From IMG/VR virus record IMGVR_UViG_3300025600_000004, positions 15,564 to 79,563 of that record: DNA of 64,000 nucleotides; one strand, 5' to 3'. The notes beneath the pieces were generated by a model, which was not told the DNA's origin, did not search any database, and worked only from the letters and a program-made list of their open reading frames with translations. Position numbers and translations under genes: made by a program. This document shows, one piece after another, positions 38,265 through 49,108 of the stretch (position 1 is the stretch's first letter; each line of letters opens with the position of its first letter). This DNA is from a virus. Taxonomy: Duplodnaviria; Caudoviricetes.

Positions 38265-40307
38265 ATGGCAAGTATTATAGAAGCCTTAGAGCATAAGATT
38301 GACATTGTAGATTTAATCTCGGAGAGCGTGGAACTTCGTCAGTCATCCAGAGGGTACACAGGAAAGTGCTGCTTACACGATGGAAATGGAGAAGCGAGCC
38401 TTTGGGTCACAGGGGATAATCAACGATTCCATTGCTTTAGCTGCCATGAGTCAGGCAATGCAATATCCTGGTACGCAAAGCTAAACAACCTGCAATTCTA
38501 TGAAGCCATTAATAAACTCTGCGAATTAAACAATATTGATCTCGGTAATAACCAAGCATACCAGGAAGAACGCAATTTAGTCCAAGGATTCACAGTGCAG
38601 GCTGCGAAATTACACGAGAATTCGTCGCGCATCAGAGATTACATTGTGAATACGAGGAAGTTAACAGATGAATCCATAGCACTTCATCGCATTGGCTTTG
38701 ATGAATACAAGAATGCCATATCGATACCTTTGATTGATATCTACGGACGCACAATAGCAATGGCCTTCAGAAACATGGATGAATCCGCGAAGATGAAGTA
38801 TGTCAATAGCAAGAACAATGATCTCTATGATAAATCTAACTATCTATATAACCTTGTGAATGCTAGGAAGCTCATAAAGAAAACTGGGAGACTTTGGATG
38901 GCAGAGGGTTACTTCTGTGCCATATCAGGGCAAGAGCAAGGTGAAGCCGTCGTAAGCTATAACAGTGCATCGATAAACAAGGGGCATATCTTGGAGGTAA
39001 AGAACTCACTAAGAGACCTCAAGAACATTGAAGTCATTCTTGCTGCGGATGCCGATGAGCCAGGGCAGTCAAAGATTCAGAAGATGGCAGAAAAGTTCCG
39101 CAAGTATTTCCCTAAGTGTAACCTCAGAGTAGCTGTGCACCCAGAGGGCAAAAAGGATCTCAATGATTCCCATGTTGCAGGGTTGAAAATTGCTGATATT
39201 GAAACTGTAGCTGTCGATATGTTCGTACTGAAGCAATTATTGTCCAAGTGCAAATCAATGGAAGAAAAATATACCACAGTGCAAGACTTTGCTCCAACTG
39301 TACCGAATCCACTGGTACTCGCTGACATCGCAGATTACCTCGTGACTGCATTGAACAAACCCTTAGAGAAAATCGAAGCAATGCTCAGTATCAAGGTTAA
39401 TTCCAAGGATGAAAAACTGAGGAAACTCGCCAGCTTCGACGAATCATACAGTGAGCTCCGAGAAAGCGTCTTGGGTGAGCAGAAAGGTCTAGGGTTCCCT
39501 CAGTTAGACTACGCTATGAATGGGACTAAGCCGAAGGAATGCCTGGTTCTCGCGGGCTATACTGGATCAGGGAAATCCACGATAGCATTGAAGATCATCG
39601 CTAATCGCATCGTAAGATACAATGAAAACGTGGCATATTTCAGCCTCGAAATGTCTAAGGGCATGGTGATCCAAGGTGTTATCATGGAAGTCCTAGAGGT
39701 GAACCAGTATGAACTTGAGAAACTGATAAGAACCGATGCTGGCATTGAAATATACGCGAAGGTCAAAGCGATCGTAGATAAGAGACTTCGCATTGTCGAT
39801 GATCCCACGATAACAGTGCCAGAAATCAAGGAATACATTGACCTATGTAACTCTGACATCTTTGATGAACCAGTGAATACCTTCTGTCTAGACCACTTCC
39901 ATTTATTGGATGGAGCAGAGGATAATGCCATCGCAGTAACATTGGCAAACGATATAGGCAAGGTTATCAAAGAATGCAATGTCAACGCAGTGATACTCGC
40001 CCAATTCAATGAGTCATCGCAAAGCAATGTAAAAATGGGTAAATTCACTGAAGCAACGCTTGGGGATGTCAAGGGCTCCAATGCTCTCAAAGCCATCGCC
40101 CATACAATCCTGTTAGTCTGGAGGCTTCTGTACTGCCACCCTGAGAAATCCAAGATTGAACAAGATGACTTCCAGTACATCACAAGGATTAAACTTGGCA
40201 AACACCGCAGGGGAGTCCGTGGAGGCTGCAGCTTATACTATGACCTCCAGTACAACCCCACCACCACGAAGATGACTGAGAATAAAACATTGTACCAAAT
40301 CTCCTAA
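38265..40307 (+). CDS. Primase-helicase fusion (CHC2 ZnF, TOPRIM, DnaB-like)
   Basis: CCLH...CFSC, AEGY, AADAD, Walker A GYTGSGKST, LDHFHLL, LAQFN. Confidence 0.92.
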   Translation: MASIIEALEHKIDIVDLISESVELRQSSRGYTGKCCLHDGNGEASLWVTGDNQRFHCFSCHESGNAISWYAKLNNLQFYEAINKLCELNNIDLGNNQAYQEERNLVQGFTVQAAKLHENSSRIRDYIVNTRKLTDESIALHRIGFDEYKNAISIPLIDIYGRTIAMAFRNMDESAKMKYVNSKNNDLYDKSNYLYNLVNARKLIKKTGRLWMAEGYFCAISGQEQGEAVVSYNSASINKGHILEVKNSLRDLKNIEVILAADADEPGQSKIQKMAEKFRKYFPKCNLRVAVHPEGKKDLNDSHVAGLKIADIETVAVDMFVLKQLLSKCKSMEEKYTTVQDFAPTVPNPLVLADIADYLVTALNKPLEKIEAMLSIKVNSKDEKLRKLASFDESYSELRESVLGEQKGLGFPQLDYAMNGTKPKECLVLAGYTGSGKSTIALKIIANRIVRYNENVAYFSLEMSKGMVIQGVIMEVLEVNQYELEKLIRTDAGIEIYAKVKAIVDKRLRIVDDPTITVPEIKEYIDLCNSDIFDEPVNTFCLDHFHLLDGAEDNAIAVTLANDIGKVIKECNVNAVILAQFNESSQSNVKMGKFTEATLGDVKGSNALKAIAHTILLVWRLLYCHPEKSKIEQDDFQYITRIKLGKHRRGVRGGCSLYYDLQYNPTTTKMTENKTLYQIS

Positions 40308-40415
40308 GAAACACATTGACACAACGCCCAACCTATGATATCATTAGTACATACCCCAGTCACCAAAGAAACATTGAAGAAACTTGTTGACAAGCAATGG
40401 ATAACGTGGTAAACT
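40306..40415 (+). promoter_or_regulatory. Two tandem sigma70-type promoters
   Basis: AAGAAACACA-TTGACA(40316)-17-TATCAT and AAGAAACTTG-TTGACA(40387)-17-TAAACT. Confidence 0.7.
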
Positions 40416-41723
40416 AAGGAAGTCAAGGAGGTAGAACAATGACAACAGAGAAAATCAAAGAAGCCATAATACTCCTAGCGTCTAAGTTTGACCAAAGGAC
40501 TCAGACAGACATTGAACAAATCCTATGTGACCATGGATGCGTAGATCAACAAGAAAGGTGCGAGGAATTCTGTGTATGTCGTAGTTGCCTAAAGAGCATC
40601 GAAGTTTCGGAGTATCGCCAAAGATTATCTATGAATATACCAGGAATCCTGTATTTAGCCGATGGAACCAAGGAATACCGATGCAGACCAGTGTAAAGGC
40701 AGGTGAACAACAATGACGGTCAAAGAATTAATCAGAGAATTACAAAGTATGCCACAGGATGCCAAGGTAGTTACTGAGACTAACATAACATACCGAGTCA
40801 GCTTAGACTCCGAAGAAAACTTAGTGCTCATAGCGTAAGGAGGTAACCCAATGAATAGTGAGTGTTCCACACGAACTGTGCAACATCCAAAGCATATCCA
40901 AGCAGCCCTAGAAGAACTAAGCGAATACATGGAAATAAACTATGATAATATTACTGTATTTGATGCAGTCAGGGACAGTCGTATGCTCGAAGCTGCCCAA
41001 GCCGAACTCGCAGAATTACTCAGTATTCATAGTTTAGTCAAGGGATTCATCGAGGACAATGGAATCAAGTGTCGTGGCAATATCAATAGATGCGAAGTTG
41101 ACGAAGTACTCAGTGCATTCAAGGATATCTGCGACATCGTTGGGTACAAGGTTTAACTATGCCCACTTTGTTTCTCGAAGTTTCCAAGAAGAATACGAAG
41201 GAGCGATGAAGATGCTAATAGAGGTAACTGAGAATGAATTAAAGACAATAAAGAATGCATTGTGTAATAACATTAATTCGCTTAAAGAGACCAATCATAA
41301 TCTACGGGAAGATTTTGAATATGAGGCGTACAAATACATCGTTGTCGATGAATATAGGAGAAAAATACTAGGCAACAAAGATAAGATAGCAACAATACAA
41401 AAGTTACTAGATAACCTAAAGCCAGTCGAGATATCTAAGCCTAAACGTGGTGGCGATAGCTGTGATTACTATAATCCATCAAGGCATGACTTGGAGGAGA
41501 TTTTGCACGATGGCAGTGATCGTTGGGCATCCAATGATTTCCAAAGAGCTTGGTCAGGGTATCCTACGGGTCGAAGATTTTAACAAAGGAGCGATGAATA
41601 CAATGGACATCACAGGAACCAAAGTTGAAGTAACGTGTACTATGAATGTCAGCGACGAGCATTGGGACAACATTTGGAAGACTAAGGAGCCCAGTGTTGC
41701 CGAAGAATCTAAGGAGGTAAACA

Positions 41724-42149
41724 ATGAACATCAATGATACATACTTAGTAGTAGACACTGAATCCAAGGAAGTCTTCGGACACTATGACACTCCAGGAAA
41801 AGCGAAGGGTCAGGTGAAACGCAAGGGTGCGAGGTACGCTGTGTACGTGGTGACTGCGGTGGAGCCATTGGTGAAACCTAAGAAGGTCATTGAAGACCTC
41901 ACGGGAGTGTCGTACCTTGACAACTTAGAAGAGTGCAAGGAATACATGAGAGAAGGCATGGTTGAAACTGCGAAGGACGAGGCTGGCTTTGCTTGCTGCG
42001 GAGACAGTGAAGTCACTGATATCTTCAAGTATCAAGGGAAATTCTATGAGATTACTGTGGAGATCGAATGGGATCGCAGAGATAAGCAGTTTTACTTTGT
42101 ATATTCCAGTGAAGTTCGTAGCTGCAAGGAGGTCGATGAACCTGAGTGA
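41724..42149 (+). CDS. Hypothetical acidic protein
   Basis: AGGAGG RBS. Confidence 0.55.
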   Translation: MNINDTYLVVDTESKEVFGHYDTPGKAKGQVKRKGARYAVYVVTAVEPLVKPKKVIEDLTGVSYLDNLEECKEYMREGMVETAKDEAGFACCGDSEVTDIFKYQGKFYEITVEIEWDRRDKQFYFVYSSEVRSCKEVDEPE

Positions 42150-42960
42150 TACTTTGCAAATCCTAATAGACGCAGACATCCAATGTTTTCTCGCAGCTTG
42201 CATAGGCGAAACCAAGACCGACTGGGGGCCGTACACAGATGAGCAAGGCATTCTCCATGAAACCAACATAGTAATAGCCTATGATCTTCCGAAGGCACTG
42301 TCAGTCTTCGAAGCCAAGGTGTCCAATGTTATCCAAGCAGTCAGAGAATACATGGGAGTAGACATGGAATACAAAGTAACTATGTGCTTGACTCATAGGA
42401 ATAACTTCAGAAAGACATTGATGCCAAGTTACAAAGCAAACCGCACAGCCCCGAAGCCGAAGTTGCTCCCAGATATCAGGGCTCACTGTGAAGCGAAATA
42501 TGACTGCGAGTGCTGGGAGAACTTGGAGGCCGATGATACATTGTCTATTTTAGGCACTACTTTGGACAACAGTGTAGTGTGCAGTATAGACAAAGATATG
42601 CTGACTATCCGCGACACCATCGTTTACAACTGGAACAAAGATAACTTTGTACACACTGACCCACAGTCTGCACAGTATCACCACTATTACCAGACACTCA
42701 AAGGCGACTCCTGTGACGGCTTCGGGGGAGCAAAGGGCATCGGTGATAAACGAGCCAGAGCCATCTTAGAAACCGATGATTCATGGGAAGCTGTGGAGTC
42801 CACGTTTATATCCAAAGGACAGACCAAAGAAGATGCATTGTTGATGGCAAGGATGGCAAAGTTGCTAACACCAGACCTTTATGATAGAGCCATGGGTACA
42901 GTGACATACTGGAATCCACCTGGCACTCCTATGCCCACCATGTTGCCCGAAGTTTCCTGA
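42136..42960 (+). CDS. 5'-3' exonuclease, T7 gp6-like
   Basis: LIDAD, NNFRK..MPSYKANR, LEADD, SIDKD, GDSCDGFGGAKGIG; C-terminus MPTMLPEVS is the motif. Confidence 0.88.
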   Translation: MNLSDTLQILIDADIQCFLAACIGETKTDWGPYTDEQGILHETNIVIAYDLPKALSVFEAKVSNVIQAVREYMGVDMEYKVTMCLTHRNNFRKTLMPSYKANRTAPKPKLLPDIRAHCEAKYDCECWENLEADDTLSILGTTLDNSVVCSIDKDMLTIRDTIVYNWNKDNFVHTDPQSAQYHHYYQTLKGDSCDGFGGAKGIGDKRARAILETDDSWEAVESTFISKGQTKEDALLMARMAKLLTPDLYDRAMGTVTYWNPPGTPMPTMLPEVS

Positions 42961-42996
42961 GACTACCTTCGTAAACTCAGTTAAATACGAGGAGGA

Positions 42997-43839
42997 ATGA
43001 CAATGAATTTCAAAGAAGGACAACGTCTAATCGCAGTAGCCAATGGTGTAGACTTTGGTAAACCCAACGCATCCTACAGTTGGACTGAGCAAATCCATGA
43101 CTACGCAGTGGGTTGGAAGGGAACCATGGGAGATAACAATGTAATAACCTTTGATAACGGCAGAGCCATCCGAGGGTGTGACCATCGTAGCTTCGATGAA
43201 TTAAAGGAGGAAACAAAGATGATCAAAGGCGACAAGGTTAAAGTCAGTGGATGCACAGGATGTAAAGAAAAGTTCAATGGTAAAACTGGGGAATACATAG
43301 AGAAGGTTGAAGACCTTTCCTTGGCACACCATAGAATCTGCTTCGATGACACGGGGAAATCCTGCGGTTATATCTTTACAGACAATGAATTGACGGTGGT
43401 TCCAAAGGCTACAGTGCTTGGCGTGGGCTCCAAGGTCACCTGCGTAGACGGTAGTTATTCGATGGAATTCACTGATGGAACACTGAAGGATACAGGGGAT
43501 ATGCGAGAACATATCTATGAAATCACAGAGATGGGACTACGACTCCCTGCGAGTATACTGTTCTCTCCTCAGACCAACGACACCATCATACGCAGAATCA
43601 GTGATGGTAAAGTGTTCTTTGTGCAGCAACGGTTTCTTAAGGAGTTCGTGGCAGTTCCTAAGTTCAAACGAGGAGACTGGGTACAGTATGACAATGGATA
43701 TTACAAAGTAGTGTCTAGTAAAACTAAGGACAGCGAAGTATCCTATAAGGTAACACAGATTCCCCAGGTATACGATGAGAATGATGGGAAATTCGGAGTT
43801 ACAGCCAAAGAATCGGAGTTGTCAGAGGTGGCACAATGA
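42997..43839 (+). CDS. Hypothetical protein with tandem SH3/KOW-like modules
   Basis: Repeated (F/I)K.GD.V.V...G..G units. Confidence 0.55.
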   Translation: MTMNFKEGQRLIAVANGVDFGKPNASYSWTEQIHDYAVGWKGTMGDNNVITFDNGRAIRGCDHRSFDELKEETKMIKGDKVKVSGCTGCKEKFNGKTGEYIEKVEDLSLAHHRICFDDTGKSCGYIFTDNELTVVPKATVLGVGSKVTCVDGSYSMEFTDGTLKDTGDMREHIYEITEMGLRLPASILFSPQTNDTIIRRISDGKVFFVQQRFLKEFVAVPKFKRGDWVQYDNGYYKVVSSKTKDSEVSYKVTQIPQVYDENDGKFGVTAKESELSEVAQ

Positions 43840-44447
43840 ACTACATAATATGCGGTGAAATAGCCAGTGGAAAAGACACTGTAGCAGAGTTACTCCCTGG
43901 AACCCGCATGGCCTTCGCAGATGACTTCAAGGTAGTCTGCAGGTTACTTCGTATCCGTGACATCTATGGAGCCTTTAACTTCATGGAAACACTGTTCAAC
44001 GGCAATGAGCCCAAGGATTACCGCAAGCAACTAAGAAAATTCATGGAATACCCAGTAGAACAAGGGAAAGACCGTAGATTATACCAAGATATAGGCATGT
44101 GGAGTCGGCAGAGTTACCCTGATATCTGGATTGATGCAGTGAAACGTCGTATCCAGCGAACCAAAGGCTCCATAGTAATCACTGATTGTCGGTTTTACAA
44201 TGAACTCGCAGCCTTCCCAGACTTCCATAGTATCTACGTCGATTGCTCAGAAGAACTGCGTATGCAACGTATGGTGGCAAGGGATGGCGAAGTTAAACAA
44301 GGCAGTTTGGGTCATGCTGCGGAACAAGAGATCCAAGGACTCAAGGAACTCTGTAATGTAGTCGTGGTGAACGAAGGCTCCCTGGATGATCTTAGAGTTG
44401 ACGTTGATTCTGCACTAGCATACATGAATTTTAAAATGACGAACTAA
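43836..44447 (+). CDS. Deoxynucleoside monophosphate kinase
   Basis: GEIASGKDT, MAFADDFK, RRLYQDIG, VITDCRFYNE. Confidence 0.8.
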   Translation: MNYIICGEIASGKDTVAELLPGTRMAFADDFKVVCRLLRIRDIYGAFNFMETLFNGNEPKDYRKQLRKFMEYPVEQGKDRRLYQDIGMWSRQSYPDIWIDAVKRRIQRTKGSIVITDCRFYNELAAFPDFHSIYVDCSEELRMQRMVARDGEVKQGSLGHAAEQEIQGLKELCNVVVVNEGSLDDLRVDVDSALAYMNFKMTN

Positions 44448-44514
44448 GGGATTACTATGTCTACGGTGTTTCCCAAAGTTTCCACGAAGAATACGAAGAT
44501 GGAGGAATGACATA

Positions 44515-45279
44515 ATGAATAAACTAAGTATAGGCGATGAAGTCAAGGTGGTCGGAGGATGCCCAGGAAGTCTGAGTATTTACTTAGGACGCACTGGAGT
44601 CATAGAGAAAATCAAAGGCGAGCGATGGCCTTATCGTATCAAAGGGTTCACAAATATCAATGGACACTATGCAGTGTGGTCTGAGGATGAACTAGAGTTA
44701 GTCAAAGAGGAGGCGAAGGAAATAATGGAATTCAAAGTAGATGACAAAGTAACCGTAGTGAAAAGCAGAGACCTTGGTAACAGCCATAAATCCATCGGCA
44801 AAACTGGGATAGTCCAAAGAGTTGACGATGATTCTACTCCGTACAGAGTACACTTTGATGAACTCAATGATTACTGGTACTATCGCAGAGATGAACTTGT
44901 ATTGGCTAAGTCCACCATCGAACCCAAAGATGTCCTCCGTTTACTCCTAGAAGGCAAAGACATCCGACACTCTGCAATGAGTCAAGGAAGATACATGAGA
45001 TTCACCAATGGAACAATCAAGTATAACGATGGTGGATACTGCGATGTTACTGTATGGATAGCGAAGGATGGCGGTGAGTTCGAGGAGTACGTTGAACCTG
45101 AGTCACCACCCAAGTTCTCCAAGGACTCCCTAGTCTACAACACTGACGGAACCATCGGCAAAGTCGTAGAAGACAAAGGATTATTCAAGGGTACGAGGAA
45201 GTATGCTGTGAAATTCAATGCAGTCAGAGAGGCTTTGAGAACAGTGGGTGAATCGGAGCTATCAGCCTATGAATCTTGA
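44515..45279 (+). CDS. Hypothetical protein with tandem SH3/KOW-like modules
   Basis: IGDEVKV..GRTGVI, FKVDDKVTV..GKTGIV, KFSKDSLV. Confidence 0.55.
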   Translation: MNKLSIGDEVKVVGGCPGSLSIYLGRTGVIEKIKGERWPYRIKGFTNINGHYAVWSEDELELVKEEAKEIMEFKVDDKVTVVKSRDLGNSHKSIGKTGIVQRVDDDSTPYRVHFDELNDYWYYRRDELVLAKSTIEPKDVLRLLLEGKDIRHSAMSQGRYMRFTNGTIKYNDGGYCDVTVWIAKDGGEFEEYVEPESPPKFSKDSLVYNTDGTIGKVVEDKGLFKGTRKYAVKFNAVREALRTVGESELSAYES

Positions 45280-45649
45280 CAGGTTTGCCGAGGGAGTCGA
45301 AGACATCCAAGATATACCAGTGTTGAGCCACTGCTGGCGATGTGGCGACGAAATATACAATGGACACTATGCGAGCTTAGGTGTTTGCGAAGAATGCGAT
45401 GAAGCCCAAGATAAAGAGGAGGATAACATAGATGATTAAAGTGTCACTTAGCAAGCCAAAGGAATCCGAGGTAACCCTAAAGATGAGCCTAAGCTCAGCC
45501 ATAATATTCTCAGAATACCTACTGTATGCCATTGATCACATAGACATCCATGGCGCAGCTATGGTCATCGTAGACACTCTGCAATGCGAAGTAACCGATG
45601 TTGACACAGTGATTGCTGAGATTACCAGTGGATTAAGGGAGGAATTAGC

Positions 45650-46132
45650 ATAGGAACAAAGAAAGCACCGAAACCCAAAGCTCCTAAGAAAACAAAGTGG
45701 GCCAAGGGTCAACGTAGTATCAAATGTGAATACGATGGCATCAAGTTTGACAGCGAACTTGAGCGAGATTTTTTCATTGAACTCCTACGGAGGAAAGACG
45801 CGGGGGAATTCGTAAGCGTAACCTTGCAGCCTAAGCTAGTCCTGCAGCCAAAGTTCAAACGCGATGGTAAAACAGTGTTGCCTGTGACATACTCCCCAGA
45901 CTTCCTCACTATTGACAAAGATGGGACAAAGGTGTACTGGGATGCGAAGGGGCAAAGTACCCAACAAGGGGACCTAAGGCGTAAGCTGTACCTCTACCAG
46001 TATCCAGAGGAATTACGATGGATTACAAAGAGTCTGAAGTATGCTGTGGACGGTGATCCATGGGTTGACTATGATTATGTCCAGAAATGTCGTAGACAGG
46101 CGAAGAAAACTAAGAAAGGATCGGTGGCATAA
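45650..46132 (+). CDS. DUF1064-like PD-(D/E)xK endonuclease (resolvase candidate); ATA start 45650 (track uses TTG 45824)
   Basis: YDGIKFDSELE lies upstream of the first canonical start; LQPKF, YSPDF, WDAKG. Confidence 0.75.
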   Translation: MGTKKAPKPKAPKKTKWAKGQRSIKCEYDGIKFDSELERDFFIELLRRKDAGEFVSVTLQPKLVLQPKFKRDGKTVLPVTYSPDFLTIDKDGTKVYWDAKGQSTQQGDLRRKLYLYQYPEELRWITKSLKYAVDGDPWVDYDYVQKCRRQAKKTKKGSVA

Positions 46133-46134
46133 CA

Positions 46135-46839
46135 ATGAAAATCAAAGTAACCAAAGGTAGAAACAGTTGCTGGTACAATGACTTCATAGGTGAAATCTTC
46201 GAGGTAACCAATGATCGCAGAGGTTATTATACAGTTAAGCACAATGGCACCGATGATATCTGCGTTGTTAATCATGAGGACTGCGAAGTCATCCCAGAGT
46301 TTACCATCGGCTCCAAGGTAATCGTCAGAGACAACTCAGAGGACGATGGTCGCACTGGAGTTATCATTGGCACAGACGATGTATATCCATGGAGAATCAG
46401 GTATGACAGCAATGGAGAGAATGAGCTATTCTTTGAAGGATGCTTGGAGTTAGTCCCAGAGGAACAATGGCTCACGAAGGAAGCTGCGTTATGCCTCGCA
46501 ATCAAGGGAGCCAAGGTAATCAATAAAGGAACAAGGAAAGACACAACGTATGTCTATTGGAATGGCAGAGGATTCGTCGTAAATATCAAAGATGATACAG
46601 AATATCCATTGGAATCACCTAGAGCCGATGATACTCATTGGAAGATCTGGATTCCACCGACACCTCCGAAGCCTAAGTTCTCCATCGACTCCTTCGTAAT
46701 CTTCGAAGAATGCTATGTTCGCATCATTGATTCAGAGTTCAAGCATGGAAATCATAGATACTATGTGTCCAAGGGAACCTTTGCAAATGCTAAGTCAGAC
46801 TGCATGGTTGCCGATGAAACTGAGTTAACAGAGGTGTAA
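46135..46839 (+). CDS. Hypothetical protein with SH3/KOW-like modules
   Basis: FTIGSKVIV..GRTGVI, KFSIDSFV, DETELTEV. Confidence 0.55.
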   Translation: MKIKVTKGRNSCWYNDFIGEIFEVTNDRRGYYTVKHNGTDDICVVNHEDCEVIPEFTIGSKVIVRDNSEDDGRTGVIIGTDDVYPWRIRYDSNGENELFFEGCLELVPEEQWLTKEAALCLAIKGAKVINKGTRKDTTYVYWNGRGFVVNIKDDTEYPLESPRADDTHWKIWIPPTPPKPKFSIDSFVIFEECYVRIIDSEFKHGNHRYYVSKGTFANAKSDCMVADETELTEV

Positions 46840-47291
46840 CTATGCCCTCTATGTCTCCAAAAGTTTCCACAAATAACGAAGGAGTGATCCAATGGAAAGC
46901 GTTGCAATCAAAGTTACCGCTTGGATGATTACGATAATCATATGGAAATGCTTTGTTGACCTTGTAACCTATGCATTCCATATTCCCTTTGATGTCACAT
47001 GGATACAAGCATTGGTCGTCGCATCGGTATGGACACTAGGTATCAAAGTACTAAGAAATATCTTTGGAGGTAAACAATGAATAACTTAGAAGCAATGGTT
47101 ATCAAAGTATTAACATCGTACAACGAAGGTGCTGCCGTAGACACCACCGATCCACTGACAAAGAGGGTCGTGGATAAGCTGTGGCGCAGAGGTTTGCTGG
47201 TGAAGGCTGTGAGTAACGGTGAGATGTCGGTGAGTGACTACGGACGCAGGGTGCTACGGAAGTTTAAGGCGATGGAAGGCGAGGTGGCTCA

Positions 47292-48992
47292 ATGAATGTA
47301 GCACAGCGTATCGATGAATACATAGCGAGATCGGGGAGTCGTGCAAAGGAAAACGCCAATCAATCCTTTAGTTATCCAGGGATGCTAGGGTATCTACTGG
47401 GTTTCGTAACATCTGAGTATGCACTGGATCGCATATATCCCAAGGCTGCCCAGGAACTCCATGAAAAAGCCCAAATACACATCCATGACATGTCTGGGTT
47501 ATGCTGTTACTGCTATGGAATGGACTATGAGATGGCACTGGATCAAGGAATCCAAGGGGAGTCAGAGCCTCCTAAGCATTTCGAGACTGCCTTGGGTCAG
47601 ATGGATACATTGATATTCCAGATAGCAGGGCAAATCGCTGGAGCCGTAGCAATCAATAGTCCCGATGTACTCCTTGCTCCCTACATTAAAAACGATGGAC
47701 TCACATACAAACAGGTGAAGCAATGTATCCAACAGTTTATCTACCGCATCAATGCAAAACTAAGGCAAAACTATGAAGCACCATTCAGCAACTTCCAGCT
47801 AGACCTCACAGTTCCTAAGAGACTACGAGGGAGAACACCAGTCATCGCAGGGCAAGCTATGGAATTCCATTATGACGATTGCCAACAAGAGATCAACTGG
47901 TTTAACACAGCACTCATTGAAGTCATGATGGAAGCAAAGCGTATCCTGCCATTCCCAGTGTTGAACATGAGCATCACCAAAGACTTCAACTGGGACAACA
48001 AACTCGCTGAAACAATGTTTAAAGGCATCGGAAGCATGGGATTACCAGTGATTAATAACTATGTTAACAGCGACTATGACCCTGATTCAGTGAAGTCCAT
48101 GTGTTGTTCGCTAAGGCTTGACATGAGTAAACTAATGAAGTCCAATGGTTCCTTTGGCTCCAATGACAACTCTGGTTCCATAGGTGTTGTCACGATTAAC
48201 CTTGCACTCATGGGTTACCTAGCAGAAGGCAGTAAAGCAATGCTTCTAGGTAATATCAGAGATAACATGTATGTAGCAGCGGAGGTCTTGGAAAACAAGC
48301 GTGAATTCATTGAACACTGGCACTCCATCGGAATGTATCCAAGGCTTCAACAGTTCATCACAGACTTTCATAGTTTCTTCAGTACCATCGGCATCGGTGG
48401 AATGAACGAGATGTGCCTTAATTTCCTAGGGAAGGGCATTGATACTGAGGAAGGCATAGAACTTTCCATAGAAATACTGGACTATATGAATGATATCCTA
48501 GCAGAACTACAGGAACAAAGCACTCATTGGTATGGTGGCAGAGGAGTCTATTGGAACCTTGAGTCCACGCCACTCGAAGGAGCAACCCGCAGACTTGCAC
48601 AGCAAATGCATAAGTATTACCCAGATGCTGTGACGAGCAATGGATCAAACCAAGATTACATCACAAGGGGAACTCAGTTACCAGTGGATGTGAAGTACAC
48701 TTTGAAGTTTGCTACGGAACATCAGCAAAAACTACAGGATAAACTGAGTGGCGGTGCTAACTTTGCTCATTATCTAGAAGCCCCAATAGATGACTGGAAG
48801 GTTACACGGAGCATCGTCAAGCGCATCGTGAACAATACATCGTTGCCCTTTGTATCCATAAGTCCCATGGTTGCCATATGTCCAGTGTGTAATCAAAGAG
48901 TCAGCGGAGACACCTGCGAGCACGATGTTTCACAGTATGAACTTGATGAGCTGCTGAAACAGGGAGTCCAAGTAGAGGAGGTGATTCAATGA
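47292..48992 (+). CDS. nrdD: Class III anaerobic ribonucleotide reductase large subunit lacking the glycyl-radical loop
   Basis: IHIHD, CCYC, NYEAPFSN, FPV, SMCCSLRL, GSIGVVTINL, FSTIGIGG, NLESTPLEG, LSGG, CPVC; no RxxGY. Confidence 0.9.
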   Translation: MNVAQRIDEYIARSGSRAKENANQSFSYPGMLGYLLGFVTSEYALDRIYPKAAQELHEKAQIHIHDMSGLCCYCYGMDYEMALDQGIQGESEPPKHFETALGQMDTLIFQIAGQIAGAVAINSPDVLLAPYIKNDGLTYKQVKQCIQQFIYRINAKLRQNYEAPFSNFQLDLTVPKRLRGRTPVIAGQAMEFHYDDCQQEINWFNTALIEVMMEAKRILPFPVLNMSITKDFNWDNKLAETMFKGIGSMGLPVINNYVNSDYDPDSVKSMCCSLRLDMSKLMKSNGSFGSNDNSGSIGVVTINLALMGYLAEGSKAMLLGNIRDNMYVAAEVLENKREFIEHWHSIGMYPRLQQFITDFHSFFSTIGIGGMNEMCLNFLGKGIDTEEGIELSIEILDYMNDILAELQEQSTHWYGGRGVYWNLESTPLEGATRRLAQQMHKYYPDAVTSNGSNQDYITRGTQLPVDVKYTLKFATEHQQKLQDKLSGGANFAHYLEAPIDDWKVTRSIVKRIVNNTSLPFVSISPMVAICPVCNQRVSGDTCEHDVSQYELDELLKQGVQVEEVIQ

Positions 48993-49108
48993 AAATCGCA
49001 GTAAAAGCTAAGAAGTACATTCGCGTCGTAGGGTACTACAGTGAGGCATCCAATCTTAACAAAGGTAAAGCTCAGGAACTCAAAGATCGTCAATGTTATT
49101 CTAACTAA
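48989..49108 (+). CDS. 39-aa stand-alone NrdD glycyl-radical peptide (not in track)
   Basis: MKIAVKAKKYIRVVGYYSEASNLNKGKAQELKDRQCYSN; GGAGGTG RBS; ATGA overlap with nrdD stop. Confidence 0.85.
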   Translation: MKIAVKAKKYIRVVGYYSEASNLNKGKAQELKDRQCYSN

